Source: a virus (taxonomy: Duplodnaviria > Caudoviricetes). From it: a DNA stretch of 64,000 nucleotides. The stretch covers positions 8,418 to 72,417 of IMG/VR virus record IMGVR_UViG_2636415851_000001; one strand, given 5' to 3'. The position numbers and the translations under genes were made by a program. The notes under the pieces are model-generated. The model saw nothing but the letters and a program-made list of their open reading frames with translations. It did not search any database and was not told the DNA's origin. Shown one piece after another: positions 28,366 through 35,360 of the stretch (position 1 is its first letter; the number at the start of each line of letters is the position of its first letter).

Positions 28366-29274
28366 TCAGGCGAGGAAGCCGGAGACGGTGTCGAGGATCG
28401 ACTGTGCCTCGGCGGCCACGTCGCGGCGCTTGCCCTCGTCTTCGCGAAGGACGGACGCATCGTATTCGGCCAGCGGTTTCAGCTGCTCGGCCATGGCGGC
28501 GAGCTTCGGGTCGCCGGTGATGTTGAGGGCGGGCAGGATCTTGATCAGGTCGCGGACGTTCTCGACCAGCGAGTCCCGGAAGATGCCCTCGGCCTTGTCG
28601 CCCTTGCCCTTGGCGGGCTTGTAGGCATTCAGCCGTTCGACCATGCGGCCGGCGACGTCGGCGACGCGCTTGTAGACGTCCTGCACGGCGGCGGTGGTCG
28701 CCTTGGTCAGCTGCTCCTCGATGTCGGCGCGGATGATGGATGCTTGCGCCTCGCTCATGTCGACGCGGAAGTCGGAGGAGGAGGGGACCGGCATCACCTT
28801 GCAGTCGAGCGAGAACTTGGCGCGCAGCGTGTCGACGTCCGGGTAATCCTCGTCCTTGAACATGCCATTGAGGCGGACTCGAGCATCATTCACATAGCCC
28901 GGATACTTGGCGAGGAAGTCGTTGACCGCGTCATCGAACTTCACCTTCTGCTGGCGGATCCAGCCCATGTGGGCGAGGTAGGCCTCGGCTGCCATGATGC
29001 GGCTGCCGTTGTCCATCCACGGCAGGGTGCGCGTGAGGAAGTCGGTGCGCGTGGCGCTGACGATCTTGACGATCGGCTCGAGCGCTTCCTTGGGCAGGAG
29101 CAGCTTATTGTAGCGTCCGGCGTCGGCCGCGGCGTTGTGCTGCTGGTTCACCTCGTCGGTGATCTCGCGGTCGAGGCGGCGGCCGGACCATTGCGAGATG
29201 GACAGGCTCACCAGCATTGCCCGGGTGGACAGGGAAGCGGTGGCGGCGGGTGCAATGGGAGTCATAGCGTTCAT
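28366..29274 (-). CDS. DUF3150-like protein (often found with MoxR/vWA genes)
   Basis: MLVSLSISQWSGRRLD...GRYNKLLL...TLPW...YPD...LRAKF; start MNAMTP at 29274. Confidence 0.7.
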   Translation of the reverse strand: MNAMTPIAPAATASLSTRAMLVSLSISQWSGRRLDREITDEVNQQHNAAADAGRYNKLLLPKEALEPIVKIVSATRTDFLTRTLPWMDNGSRIMAAEAYLAHMGWIRQQKVKFDDAVNDFLAKYPGYVNDARVRLNGMFKDEDYPDVDTLRAKFSLDCKVMPVPSSSDFRVDMSEAQASIIRADIEEQLTKATTAAVQDVYKRVADVAGRMVERLNAYKPAKGKGDKAEGIFRDSLVENVRDLIKILPALNITGDPKLAAMAEQLKPLAEYDASVLREDEGKRRDVAAEAQSILDTVSGFLA

Positions 29275-29321
29275 GTCAGTCTCCGTTGGGTGCCATGATT
29301 GGCGGGGTGAAGTCGGTAGAG

Positions 29322-29468
29322 TCAGGCGGGGCGTAGCAGCTCCGCAATCAGGACGGTGATGGCCGCGCCGATGAGGAGGTCGACGTACTCGAGTCCCATG
29401 CGGCGAAGCGCGAGAGCTGCGACACATTCCGCAAGCGCGATGAACAGGATCAGGGGTCTCAGCTTCAT
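29322..29468 (-). CDS. small membrane protein
   Basis: MKLRPLILFIALAEC...LLIGAAITVLIAELL; two hydrophobic segments. Confidence 0.55.
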   Translation of the reverse strand: MKLRPLILFIALAECVAALALRRMGLEYVDLLIGAAITVLIAELLRPA

Positions 29469-29524
29469 AGGGTTTCCTTCTGGATGCGAGGGCGATCCTA
29501 CACGCACGGATGCGTGGGGAGAAG

Positions 29525-29821
29525 TCAGGCAACAAGCGAGGCGCGGGTTGCCCTTGCGATCTCCTCCGGCGGGAGGAGGGATACGAGGAAGTCTACCAGC
29601 TTGTGCGGAAGCGGAACCTCGTGGTCGAAGGACGCCTCGTTATCGTCCGCGCGATAGAGCGTGGCGTAGAAAGTCCGGTGCTGGACGTCGTAGGAAAGCC
29701 GCCACCAACGGCGCATGCCCTTGGGCTTGGAGTCGTAGACGGTCCAGTCGATGTAGGCGTCAGGAGCGAGGTTGTCCGGGGTGATATTGCCAAACAGGTG
29801 GCGGAGGCGGTCCGGGTTCAT
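29525..29821 (-). CDS. hypothetical protein, paralog family member 5
   Basis: WRLSYDVQHRTFYA and LLPPEEIARATRASL motifs. Confidence 0.7.
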   Translation of the reverse strand: MNPDRLRHLFGNITPDNLAPDAYIDWTVYDSKPKGMRRWWRLSYDVQHRTFYATLYRADDNEASFDHEVPLPHKLVDFLVSLLPPEEIARATRASLVA

Positions 29822-30630
29822 CCGACGATCTCCCCTTCCTCGTCGAAGGTGTAGTCGGCGAGGGCTTCGTCGACCGCCTCATTGGACATGAGGTATTCGT
29901 CCTCCTGCCGGAGCTGCTCATAGATCCAGTCCATGAAGGCGCGGAGGGTGGCCTTGACCTCGGATTCAAACTCAAGGCGGAGGAGGCGGTGCTTTACGAG
30001 CATAGCTCTCCATACCATGGCCTGCAGTCCGCTAAAGTCGCGGTCATCGTCGTCGCGATAGACCTCGATGCGAGTGCAGCCTGAGTGGTAGTAGCTGCCG
30101 GAGTGCTCGACGTGCACGGATAGATCCGGGATGAGCCCCAGGCATCGCTCGGAGAAGTCGGCCAGGTCCAGCGCGATCTCGTGCAATTTCGTGTCGAGCG
30201 GGGCGTGCTCCATGACGGCGGTCAGGGAGCCGATAGGATCCTTGACCGGGTACCAGTTGCCCTCGAAGCACGCGCCATCCCCTTGGCAGGAAAAGCCGGA
30301 GAACCAGATCTGCGGACCGCTGATGATGGCACCGCTGGCAAGCGTGTGGTGCTTGCGCTTGATCTGGATGCCCATCATGGCGGCGATGGTGTCGGCGTCT
30401 TCATAGATCGAGTCCCACCAGTCGTAGTCGATGCCCGTGGCGCGATAGTCGTCGCGCGCCTTTTCCTTGGCGCGGTCGGACAGTCCGTCGAAGGAAAACT
30501 CGGTCTGCTCGTCCTCGACGTCGCCCATCTCGGGCACAAGCGCGAGGGCAGGCTGGTTGACGTAGACGGGGGCACCTCCCGCAATGGCGCGGTTGACGGC
30601 GCGGGTGAGTGCTGCGCGTGCGGCGTTCAT
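29818..30630 (-). CDS. conserved phage/plasmid protein (family often labelled antitoxin-like)
   Basis: YDWWDSIYED, IWFSGFSCQGDGACFEG, YYHS, WIYEQL..E.EYL; start MNAARA at 30630. Confidence 0.7.
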   Translation of the reverse strand: MNAARAALTRAVNRAIAGGAPVYVNQPALALVPEMGDVEDEQTEFSFDGLSDRAKEKARDDYRATGIDYDWWDSIYEDADTIAAMMGIQIKRKHHTLASGAIISGPQIWFSGFSCQGDGACFEGNWYPVKDPIGSLTAVMEHAPLDTKLHEIALDLADFSERCLGLIPDLSVHVEHSGSYYHSGCTRIEVYRDDDDRDFSGLQAMVWRAMLVKHRLLRLEFESEVKATLRAFMDWIYEQLRQEDEYLMSNEAVDEALADYTFDEEGEIVG

Positions 30631-30631
30631 G

Positions 30632-30889
30632 TCAGTCTCCCTGAATTGCGAGGGCTTCGTCGCCGAGCTGGTTGTAGAGGGCGTCGATGATGGCGAAGCG
30701 GCTGCGATAGACGGCCAGGTCGCGCTGGTATGCGTCAGGCTCGCCGATGTAGTCGCGGCCATTGGGTGCCGTCTCGCCGAGCGAGGTCATGACGGAGCGA
30801 AGATCCTGCCGGACGGCAATGCGCGCCTCCACGAGGGCGTCGCGGCTGGTGCCGTTGAGGTTGACGATCGGGCGCATGAGGTCAGCCAT
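30632..30889 (-). CDS. hypothetical protein
   Basis: MADLMRPIVNLNGTS...APNGRDY. Confidence 0.65.
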   Translation of the reverse strand: MADLMRPIVNLNGTSRDALVEARIAVRQDLRSVMTSLGETAPNGRDYIGEPDAYQRDLAVYRSRFAIIDALYNQLGDEALAIQGD

Positions 30890-31028
30890 TGCGTGCCTCC
30901 CTGAGGATGCGGAATACCTCGTCGCGAGCTTCAGCGCTGGTGGGCTCGCGGCCAAGGCGTGCGGCCAGCTTGTTCCAGATCGTGTCCGGGTTGTCGTTGC
31001 GGACGGTGACGGTGACAGTGACGGCCAT
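30882..31028 (-). CDS. small hypothetical protein
   Basis: MAVTVTVTVRNDNPDTIWNKLAARLGREPT; TGATG coupling. Confidence 0.65.
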   Translation of the reverse strand: MAVTVTVTVRNDNPDTIWNKLAARLGREPTSAEARDEVFRILREARNG

Positions 31029-31186
31029 CAGCCCATCCTCCGGTTGAGTTCCTCGCGGGCAACCGCGGCGTACTCGTCGCGTCCGGCAATGGTTTCGCGG
31101 CGGATGATCTCGGAAAGCTGCGCGGTGGTCGCGTTGCGGCAGAAAGCGGCGAAGTCGTCGCGGTCTGATTTCGAGGGCGTGGTCAT
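31028..31186 (-). CDS. small hypothetical protein (52 aa, not in the ORF track)
   Basis: MTTPSKSDRDDFAAFCRNATTAQLSEIIRRE...; AAGGAGA SD and hairpin motif upstream. Confidence 0.7.
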   Translation of the reverse strand: MTTPSKSDRDDFAAFCRNATTAQLSEIIRRETIAGRDEYAAVAREELNRRMG

Positions 31187-31347
31187 GGTCTCTCCTTGTG
31201 CATGATTGCGGGAAGGGGTTGCGCGTCCGGGTGCGAGGGCTGGAACGGATCGCGCTATAGGTCCAGCCGGTGGTATTGGTGCGGGGCTTTAGGTTCCCCG
31301 CGCATGGCGGATCTCCGTGCGAGGTGGATCGGGGCGGTGGATTACGG

Positions 31348-31527
31348 CTAGACCCGCGCGGCGGCTTCGAGGACGCGCAGATATTCCGCCCAACGATAGG
31401 CGGCCACCCACATGGCGAGGATGAGCGCGACGATTGCGACGCTCCAGACGAAGCCGGAGTCAAGCAGGTCGGACATGCGCGGCCTCACGATGGGCTCGAC
31501 GCGGATGGTGCGGCGGCGCGGCTTCAC
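31348..31527 (-). CDS. small membrane protein
   Basis: GTG start overlapping the upstream stop; FVWSVAIVALILAMWVAAY transmembrane helix. Confidence 0.55.
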   Translation of the reverse strand: MKPRRRTIRVEPIVRPRMSDLLDSGFVWSVAIVALILAMWVAAYRWAEYLRVLEAAARV

Positions 31528-31715
31528 GGGCGCACCTCGACATGGCCGCCGCCATAGGCGAGCAGCTTTGCGGTCGAGATGGCGCGCTTGCGGCTGGCGA
31601 ATGTGTCCAGCGTCGAGGCAAGGCCGCCGGGCAGCATCACCGCCAAGCACCAGCGATTGCCGGTGCGGCGGCGACGGCGCGCGACCACGTAGGTGTAGGG
31701 GATGGGCTTTTTCAC
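31524..31715 (-). CDS. hypothetical basic protein
   Basis: GTG start after AGGAGA and hairpin motif. Confidence 0.65.
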   Translation of the reverse strand: MKKPIPYTYVVARRRRRTGNRWCLAVMLPGGLASTLDTFASRKRAISTAKLLAYGGGHVEVRP

Positions 31716-31757
31716 GGGGATCTCCTCAGGTTCGCATGATTGCGGGGGTGGTGACGG

Positions 31758-32171
31758 CTACTCGTGCCACGGGCGGCCGGTGCAAGCCTCGATGTTGCCA
31801 TCGGTGGGCAGCAGGTCCGCAAGCGGGCAAGCGGGGACGAGGTCGACGTCGATCGGGGCGATAGCCTGGCACTGCGGGAACTCGTCCTCGTGCAGGCGGT
31901 AGATCTCGCCTTGCTGGCCTTGGCAGCCGATGCCGATCAGGACGGTGTCCGGATAGGCGAGCGCGGGAGAGGGCAGCAGGAGCGCAAGCGCTCCCGCATA
32001 CTGCACGAAGCGGATGGCAGCGCCCGGCACGGTGCGGTGGATCTGGCGAACCGGGCGCTGCCCGACCGGCCGATAGCTCGACGATACGCAGAACGAGAAC
32101 GTCAGGCGGCCGATTTTCAGGAAGCGGATGCCGCCCACCCTCATGGTGGACACGTTGAGGAACCGGATCAA
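31758..32171 (-). CDS. hypothetical protein
   Basis: TTG start after GGAGG; 4-nt overlap with the upstream gene. Confidence 0.55.
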   Translation of the reverse strand: MIRFLNVSTMRVGGIRFLKIGRLTFSFCVSSSYRPVGQRPVRQIHRTVPGAAIRFVQYAGALALLLPSPALAYPDTVLIGIGCQGQQGEIYRLHEDEFPQCQAIAPIDVDLVPACPLADLLPTDGNIEACTGRPWHE

Positions 32172-32356
32172 TGGACTGCCTCCAGAATGCGAGCGCGGGA
32201 TAGGCGAGCGCGGAAGGCGTCGTCACGAAGGATCATAGCCCCCACCTCGTCGCGGAAAGCATCGGCCTGTTCGTCGCGATGCGTCGCGAAATACGGATGG
32301 CGGAACGGTGGTGGTGCGTCCGGGCGAAGGACGGACTCCGGCCTTTGCGGTCTCAT
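32168..32356 (-). CDS. hypothetical protein
   Basis: AAGGAGA SD and hairpin motif. Confidence 0.65.
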   Translation of the reverse strand: MRPQRPESVLRPDAPPPFRHPYFATHRDEQADAFRDEVGAMILRDDAFRARLSRARILEAVH

Positions 32357-32443
32357 TGCAGGTCTCCTTGTGTCGCATAGTTGCGGGTTCCGGCGCGTTG
32401 CCGCGTCAAGGCCAGTGCCTGGCCCTCACGTAGGAACGCGCAA

Positions 32444-32467
32444 AGGTGGGGAACCATGTCCCCACCT
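32444..32467 (-). terminator. strong hairpin, possible weak terminator after the first early gene
   Basis: AGGTGGGGA-N6-TCCCCACCT with only a short T run. Confidence 0.45.
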
Positions 32468-32498
32468 CCGGCGGTCATCTTATGAGCCGCAGATGCTT

Positions 32499-33032
32499 TC
32501 AGGCGGCCTTCTGGATCTCCTCCGTCTTGGCGGCCGGTGCGGCCTTCGGAGCCTTGGCAGGTGCAGCGACGATCGGAGTCTTCGCCAGCGTCAAGGCGCC
32601 CTTGACAGCCTGCAGAACGCGCGGCGAACCGCCATTCTCCTCCAGTTTCTTGACGACGGACTCGAGGTACTTGACCTCGTCGAATGCAGCCGCTGGCTTG
32701 CCCTTCGTGGCCTTTTCGTAGTTCGCCGGTGCGATTTCCATCGCTTGCGCCATGTCGGATTTCTTGCCCTTGGCAAACTCGAAAACGCGCGCCTTGTCGT
32801 CAAACTTGACCTTGCCGAAAGCGGTCGACCACGAAACCAGTCCGCGGCGATAGTTCGCCGGAGTGACAGCGTAAAGCGCGTTCAGGTACTTCGGATCATT
32901 GTGCAGCTCGACATGGTTCAATGCCGAATAGGCCAGCTGGTGCTCCTTTTCCGTGAACGTCGCGGCGGCCTTCACAAAGCCCTTGATTGCGTTGTTGAGC
33001 TTGGAACCGGTGAGAACAACAAACTTGGTCAT
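32499..33032 (-). CDS. hypothetical Lys/Ala-rich protein, first gene of the early region
   Basis: Start MTKFVVLTGSKL at 33032 after GGAGA and hairpin motif. Confidence 0.75.
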   Translation of the reverse strand: MTKFVVLTGSKLNNAIKGFVKAAATFTEKEHQLAYSALNHVELHNDPKYLNALYAVTPANYRRGLVSWSTAFGKVKFDDKARVFEFAKGKKSDMAQAMEIAPANYEKATKGKPAAAFDEVKYLESVVKKLEENGGSPRVLQAVKGALTLAKTPIVAAPAKAPKAAPAAKTEEIQKAA

Positions 33033-33119
33033 GATCTTAATCTCCATCGTTGGCATGATTGCCGGGTTAGTGCCGTTTGCACCTGAAAAGCCAAAAGAGG
33101 CTTTGCAGCTGGAAACGTG

Positions 33120-33150
33120 AAAAGGCCACCAGAGGGAGTCCGGTGGCCTT
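33120..33150 (-). terminator. terminator/attenuator-like hairpin at the end of the early leader
   Basis: - strand AAGGCCACCGGA-CTCCC-TCTGGTGGCCTT followed by TT CACGTTT. Confidence 0.55.
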
Positions 33151-33705
33151 AGAAACTTGTCGAATTTTTCGGTTTTCAATCGCTTGGATTGACCATGCCT
33201 GTATCGGTTGAGGTTTGCAGCACTGAAGCCAATGAGGCTTTGCCGAGTATCTTTCCGCCACCTACGGCATTTTCGCCGCTGTCGTGCTTCTGGCTATTCC
33301 TATGAAGCAAGTCCGTTGCTCCCTCAGTGCATGGTTACATGCTTTGCCAGTTCTCCCACCAACGATTGCCCAACACACTCAACTTTGCAGTCTCGCATTG
33401 GATCGCTTTAGCCGGAACCTTCCCCGATACAGGTGATTTGTTGTCCGCTCCCTGTCGCGCGTCCTTCCCTATGTGCTGCAATCCGGCTTTGTCATGCCGA
33501 ATCACCTCACGGTTGCCCTCTTCGTAACCGCGCTTTCCGTTGCTCCCTTTGCCTCTTCAATCCCTTGTCTCCACACTTGCAAAGCAAGTCACGAAACCAG
33601 TGCACCTAGAAGGCTAGGGCGGAAAACCGTCATCTTGTTTTCAAAGAACCGACGAAACCGACGAAGCCGGAACCGTCCAAAGCCCGAAACATTCGCGTTT
33701 CGTTG
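33120..33705 (-). ncRNA. candidate structured leader / ncRNA (~590 nt)
   Basis: No credible ORF; bounded by a predicted promoter and a terminator-like hairpin; many short inverted repeats. Confidence 0.4.
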
Positions 33706-33710
33706 TGAGC

Positions 33711-33813
33711 AAGATAATACGATACGAATTGAAAACAACCGGAAAAATACAGAAAATACCGTTTGGCCCGTTATCGCATTGAAATTGCAGCAAATAAAAA
33801 ATTCAAATCGTAT
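33711..33813 (-). promoter_or_regulatory. leftward early promoter with operators
   Basis: - strand TTGTTT-N16-TATCTT (33738-33711); operators ATACG-ATA-CGAAT 33717-33729 and ATTCA-AAT-CGTAT 33801-33813; AT-rich upstream sequence. Confidence 0.6.
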
Positions 33814-34402
33814 CGCCTTTGCGTCGTCTCAGCTCATTACAGCTGGCCAAAAACAGGCCAGAAAATCGGGCAAATCGGATAGCCTAATTCGCTGAAAACA
33901 AACGATAAAAGGCGTTTGCTTTTGCCTCTGAGCTTGTCCCCGGCTTAGTGCCTGGCTCAATGCCTGGCTAACTCCCTGCCATGCTGGCCAAACTGGCCAC
34001 CCATTGCCGGAGAAAACCGGTGGCGATTCTCCAGTGCACTCGCCCCAGAACAACCGCCACCAATCCCCGCAAAGGGAGAGAGGGAGAGGAGAGGAGAGAG
34101 GGGAAGGCGTGACAGCTGGCTATTGCGTGGAACAACGGAACGAGTCACACAGCATTCCAGAACGTCGGATTGCGCCTAGACGCCGCGACGCTTCATCCCC
34201 TCACCTGCTCACCTGAAGGCGTGCCGCTTGCGACTGGCCATCCCCGGCTAGACCTTTCGCCACGCCTTGCCGCTGGCCAGCTGGCTACCTGATGGCCATT
34301 GCCACCCATGCCGGACCATGCCGGACAAGGCGTTCCAGCGTCATTCAAAGCGAAAGAGCGTGAAAAGCCTTGCAAATCAAGGCGTTGAGAGGCCCCACGG
34401 GT

Positions 34403-34436
34403 AGGTTCTTCCGGAAGGGGGGCGGCCCACCGCGGG
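34403..34436 (+). other. candidate cos (packaging) site
   Basis: AGGTTCTTCCGG-AAG-GGGGGCGGCCCAC-CGCGGG resembles lambda cosQ/cosN (GGGTCCTTTCCGG...GGGCGGCGACCT-CGCGGG); lies upstream of a lambda-type terminase. Confidence 0.55.
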
Positions 34437-34648
34437 TCGGCGGCAGCGCAGTATTTGAGCGGTTCCGGGCTTTTCATTTCGAGGGTTCGGATTCGCGAAA
34501 AATTCCTGGCGAAGGTGGCGATGCGCGGGGAATGAATTTGCTGAAACCGCGCAACGAAATGGGGTGATCCCACGGGGCGGATAGAAATGATCTTGCGCAG
34601 ATCCCATCGCGCAGGGGCGAACTGTAGAATAATGCTTTCGTTTGAGGG

Positions 34649-35359
34649 GTGGCGAATACGATGCGTATCGTGAAGCGCGGCACCAACCTGTTCCTGGTCC
34701 TGAGGATGAGGGACATGGCAAGGCACCTCAGCAACGATCGCGGGCGCACTGAGCTGCACCGTGGTGTGATCGACGCCGGTCGCCGGATGAAGACGATCAA
34801 CCAGAAGACGGTCCAGCGGCAGATGGCGCTGAAGCCAGGCAACTACGGCAGCTATGTCGTCGCCGGCACGAGGGGCATCCCCCGCAAGAAGACACTCAGC
34901 TACGAGATCTTCGGCGTCAAAGGCGGCGCGAAGATCGAGCAGTATAAGGGGCTCATGTCGGTGAAGAGCAGCGGTCGTGCTGCCCGCCGCATGAACGCCG
35001 GCCGCGTAACTTCTGACCGAGGGACAGTGAGGTCGGGAGTGTGGAACAACCCGCGCGTCTTCAAACGGTCGTTCGCGACCGGGACCGGGTTTTTCGCGAT
35101 GCGGCCACCGAGCGCCGGGACGTCAAGTCGCGCTCCGAAAGCGCTGTGGACTTATGGCTCGAAGCCTGGGCAGCCCCGAGGGGCAGACGGGCGCTTCGCT
35201 CCTTCGGGAACGAGGTACGGCAAAGTCCGCCGGCTGTTCGGTCCTTCCCTGATGAAGGAGATCCCGAAGGATGATTCCTTGGATGTCTTCCTGAGACACG
35301 GCCCGGCGTTGCTCGAGCGGCACGTCGGCAAAAGGCTCACCAAGCTGATGAGGTTCTGA
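34649..35359 (+). CDS. basic virion-morphogenesis protein (gpZ-like), first late gene
   Basis: Arg/Lys-rich with RRLFGPSL near the C-terminus, upstream of terS; start 34649 (GTG) or 34661. Confidence 0.65.
   Translation: MANTMRIVKRGTNLFLVLRMRDMARHLSNDRGRTELHRGVIDAGRRMKTINQKTVQRQMALKPGNYGSYVVAGTRGIPRKKTLSYEIFGVKGGAKIEQYKGLMSVKSSGRAARRMNAGRVTSDRGTVRSGVWNNPRVFKRSFATGTGFFAMRPPSAGTSSRAPKALWTYGSKPGQPRGADGRFAPSGTRYGKVRRLFGPSLMKEIPKDDSLDVFLRHGPALLERHVGKRLTKLMRF
34656..34668. promoter_or_regulatory. perfect operator palindrome at the start of the late operon
   Basis: ATACG-ATG-CGTAT, same arms as the 6185-6197 operator. Confidence 0.6.
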
Positions 35360-35360
35360 C

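Larger units (their letters stand above)
15676..33063 (-). promoter_or_regulatory. dispersed repeat: C-rich tract + covarying mini-hairpin (loop A-MNYA-T) + Shine-Dalgarno, 15 copies
   Basis: Hairpin cores (+ coordinates): 15676-15687, 16770-16781, 18043-18054, 20485-20496, 21792-21803, 22873-22884, 23684-23695, 27026-27037, 27776-27785, 28213-28222, 29292-29303, 31200-31209, 31733-31744, 32374-32385, 33052-33063. Each lies a few nt 5' of the SD of a - strand gene (GGAGA; AAGGAAGAGA at 21792). Confidence 0.9.

Noticed and set aside
15676-33063. Dispersed repeat interpreted as a CRISPR array or integron attC cassette sites
   Set aside because: Spacing is irregular and gene-sized; there are no constant 25-45 nt repeats, no GTTRRRY/RYYYAAC ends, and no cas or integron-integrase gene.
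15676-33063. Repeat interpreted as CsrA/RsmA sites or N4-type virion RNA polymerase promoters
   Set aside because: The GGA lies outside the loop, unlike CsrA hairpins, and no phage RNA polymerase is encoded in the window. A promoter role is not excluded but is not supported.
33473-33895. 140-aa + strand ORF and other short ORFs in the 33.2-34.6 kb region
   Set aside because: Atypical composition, no SD, overlap promoter/operator elements; treated as non-coding.
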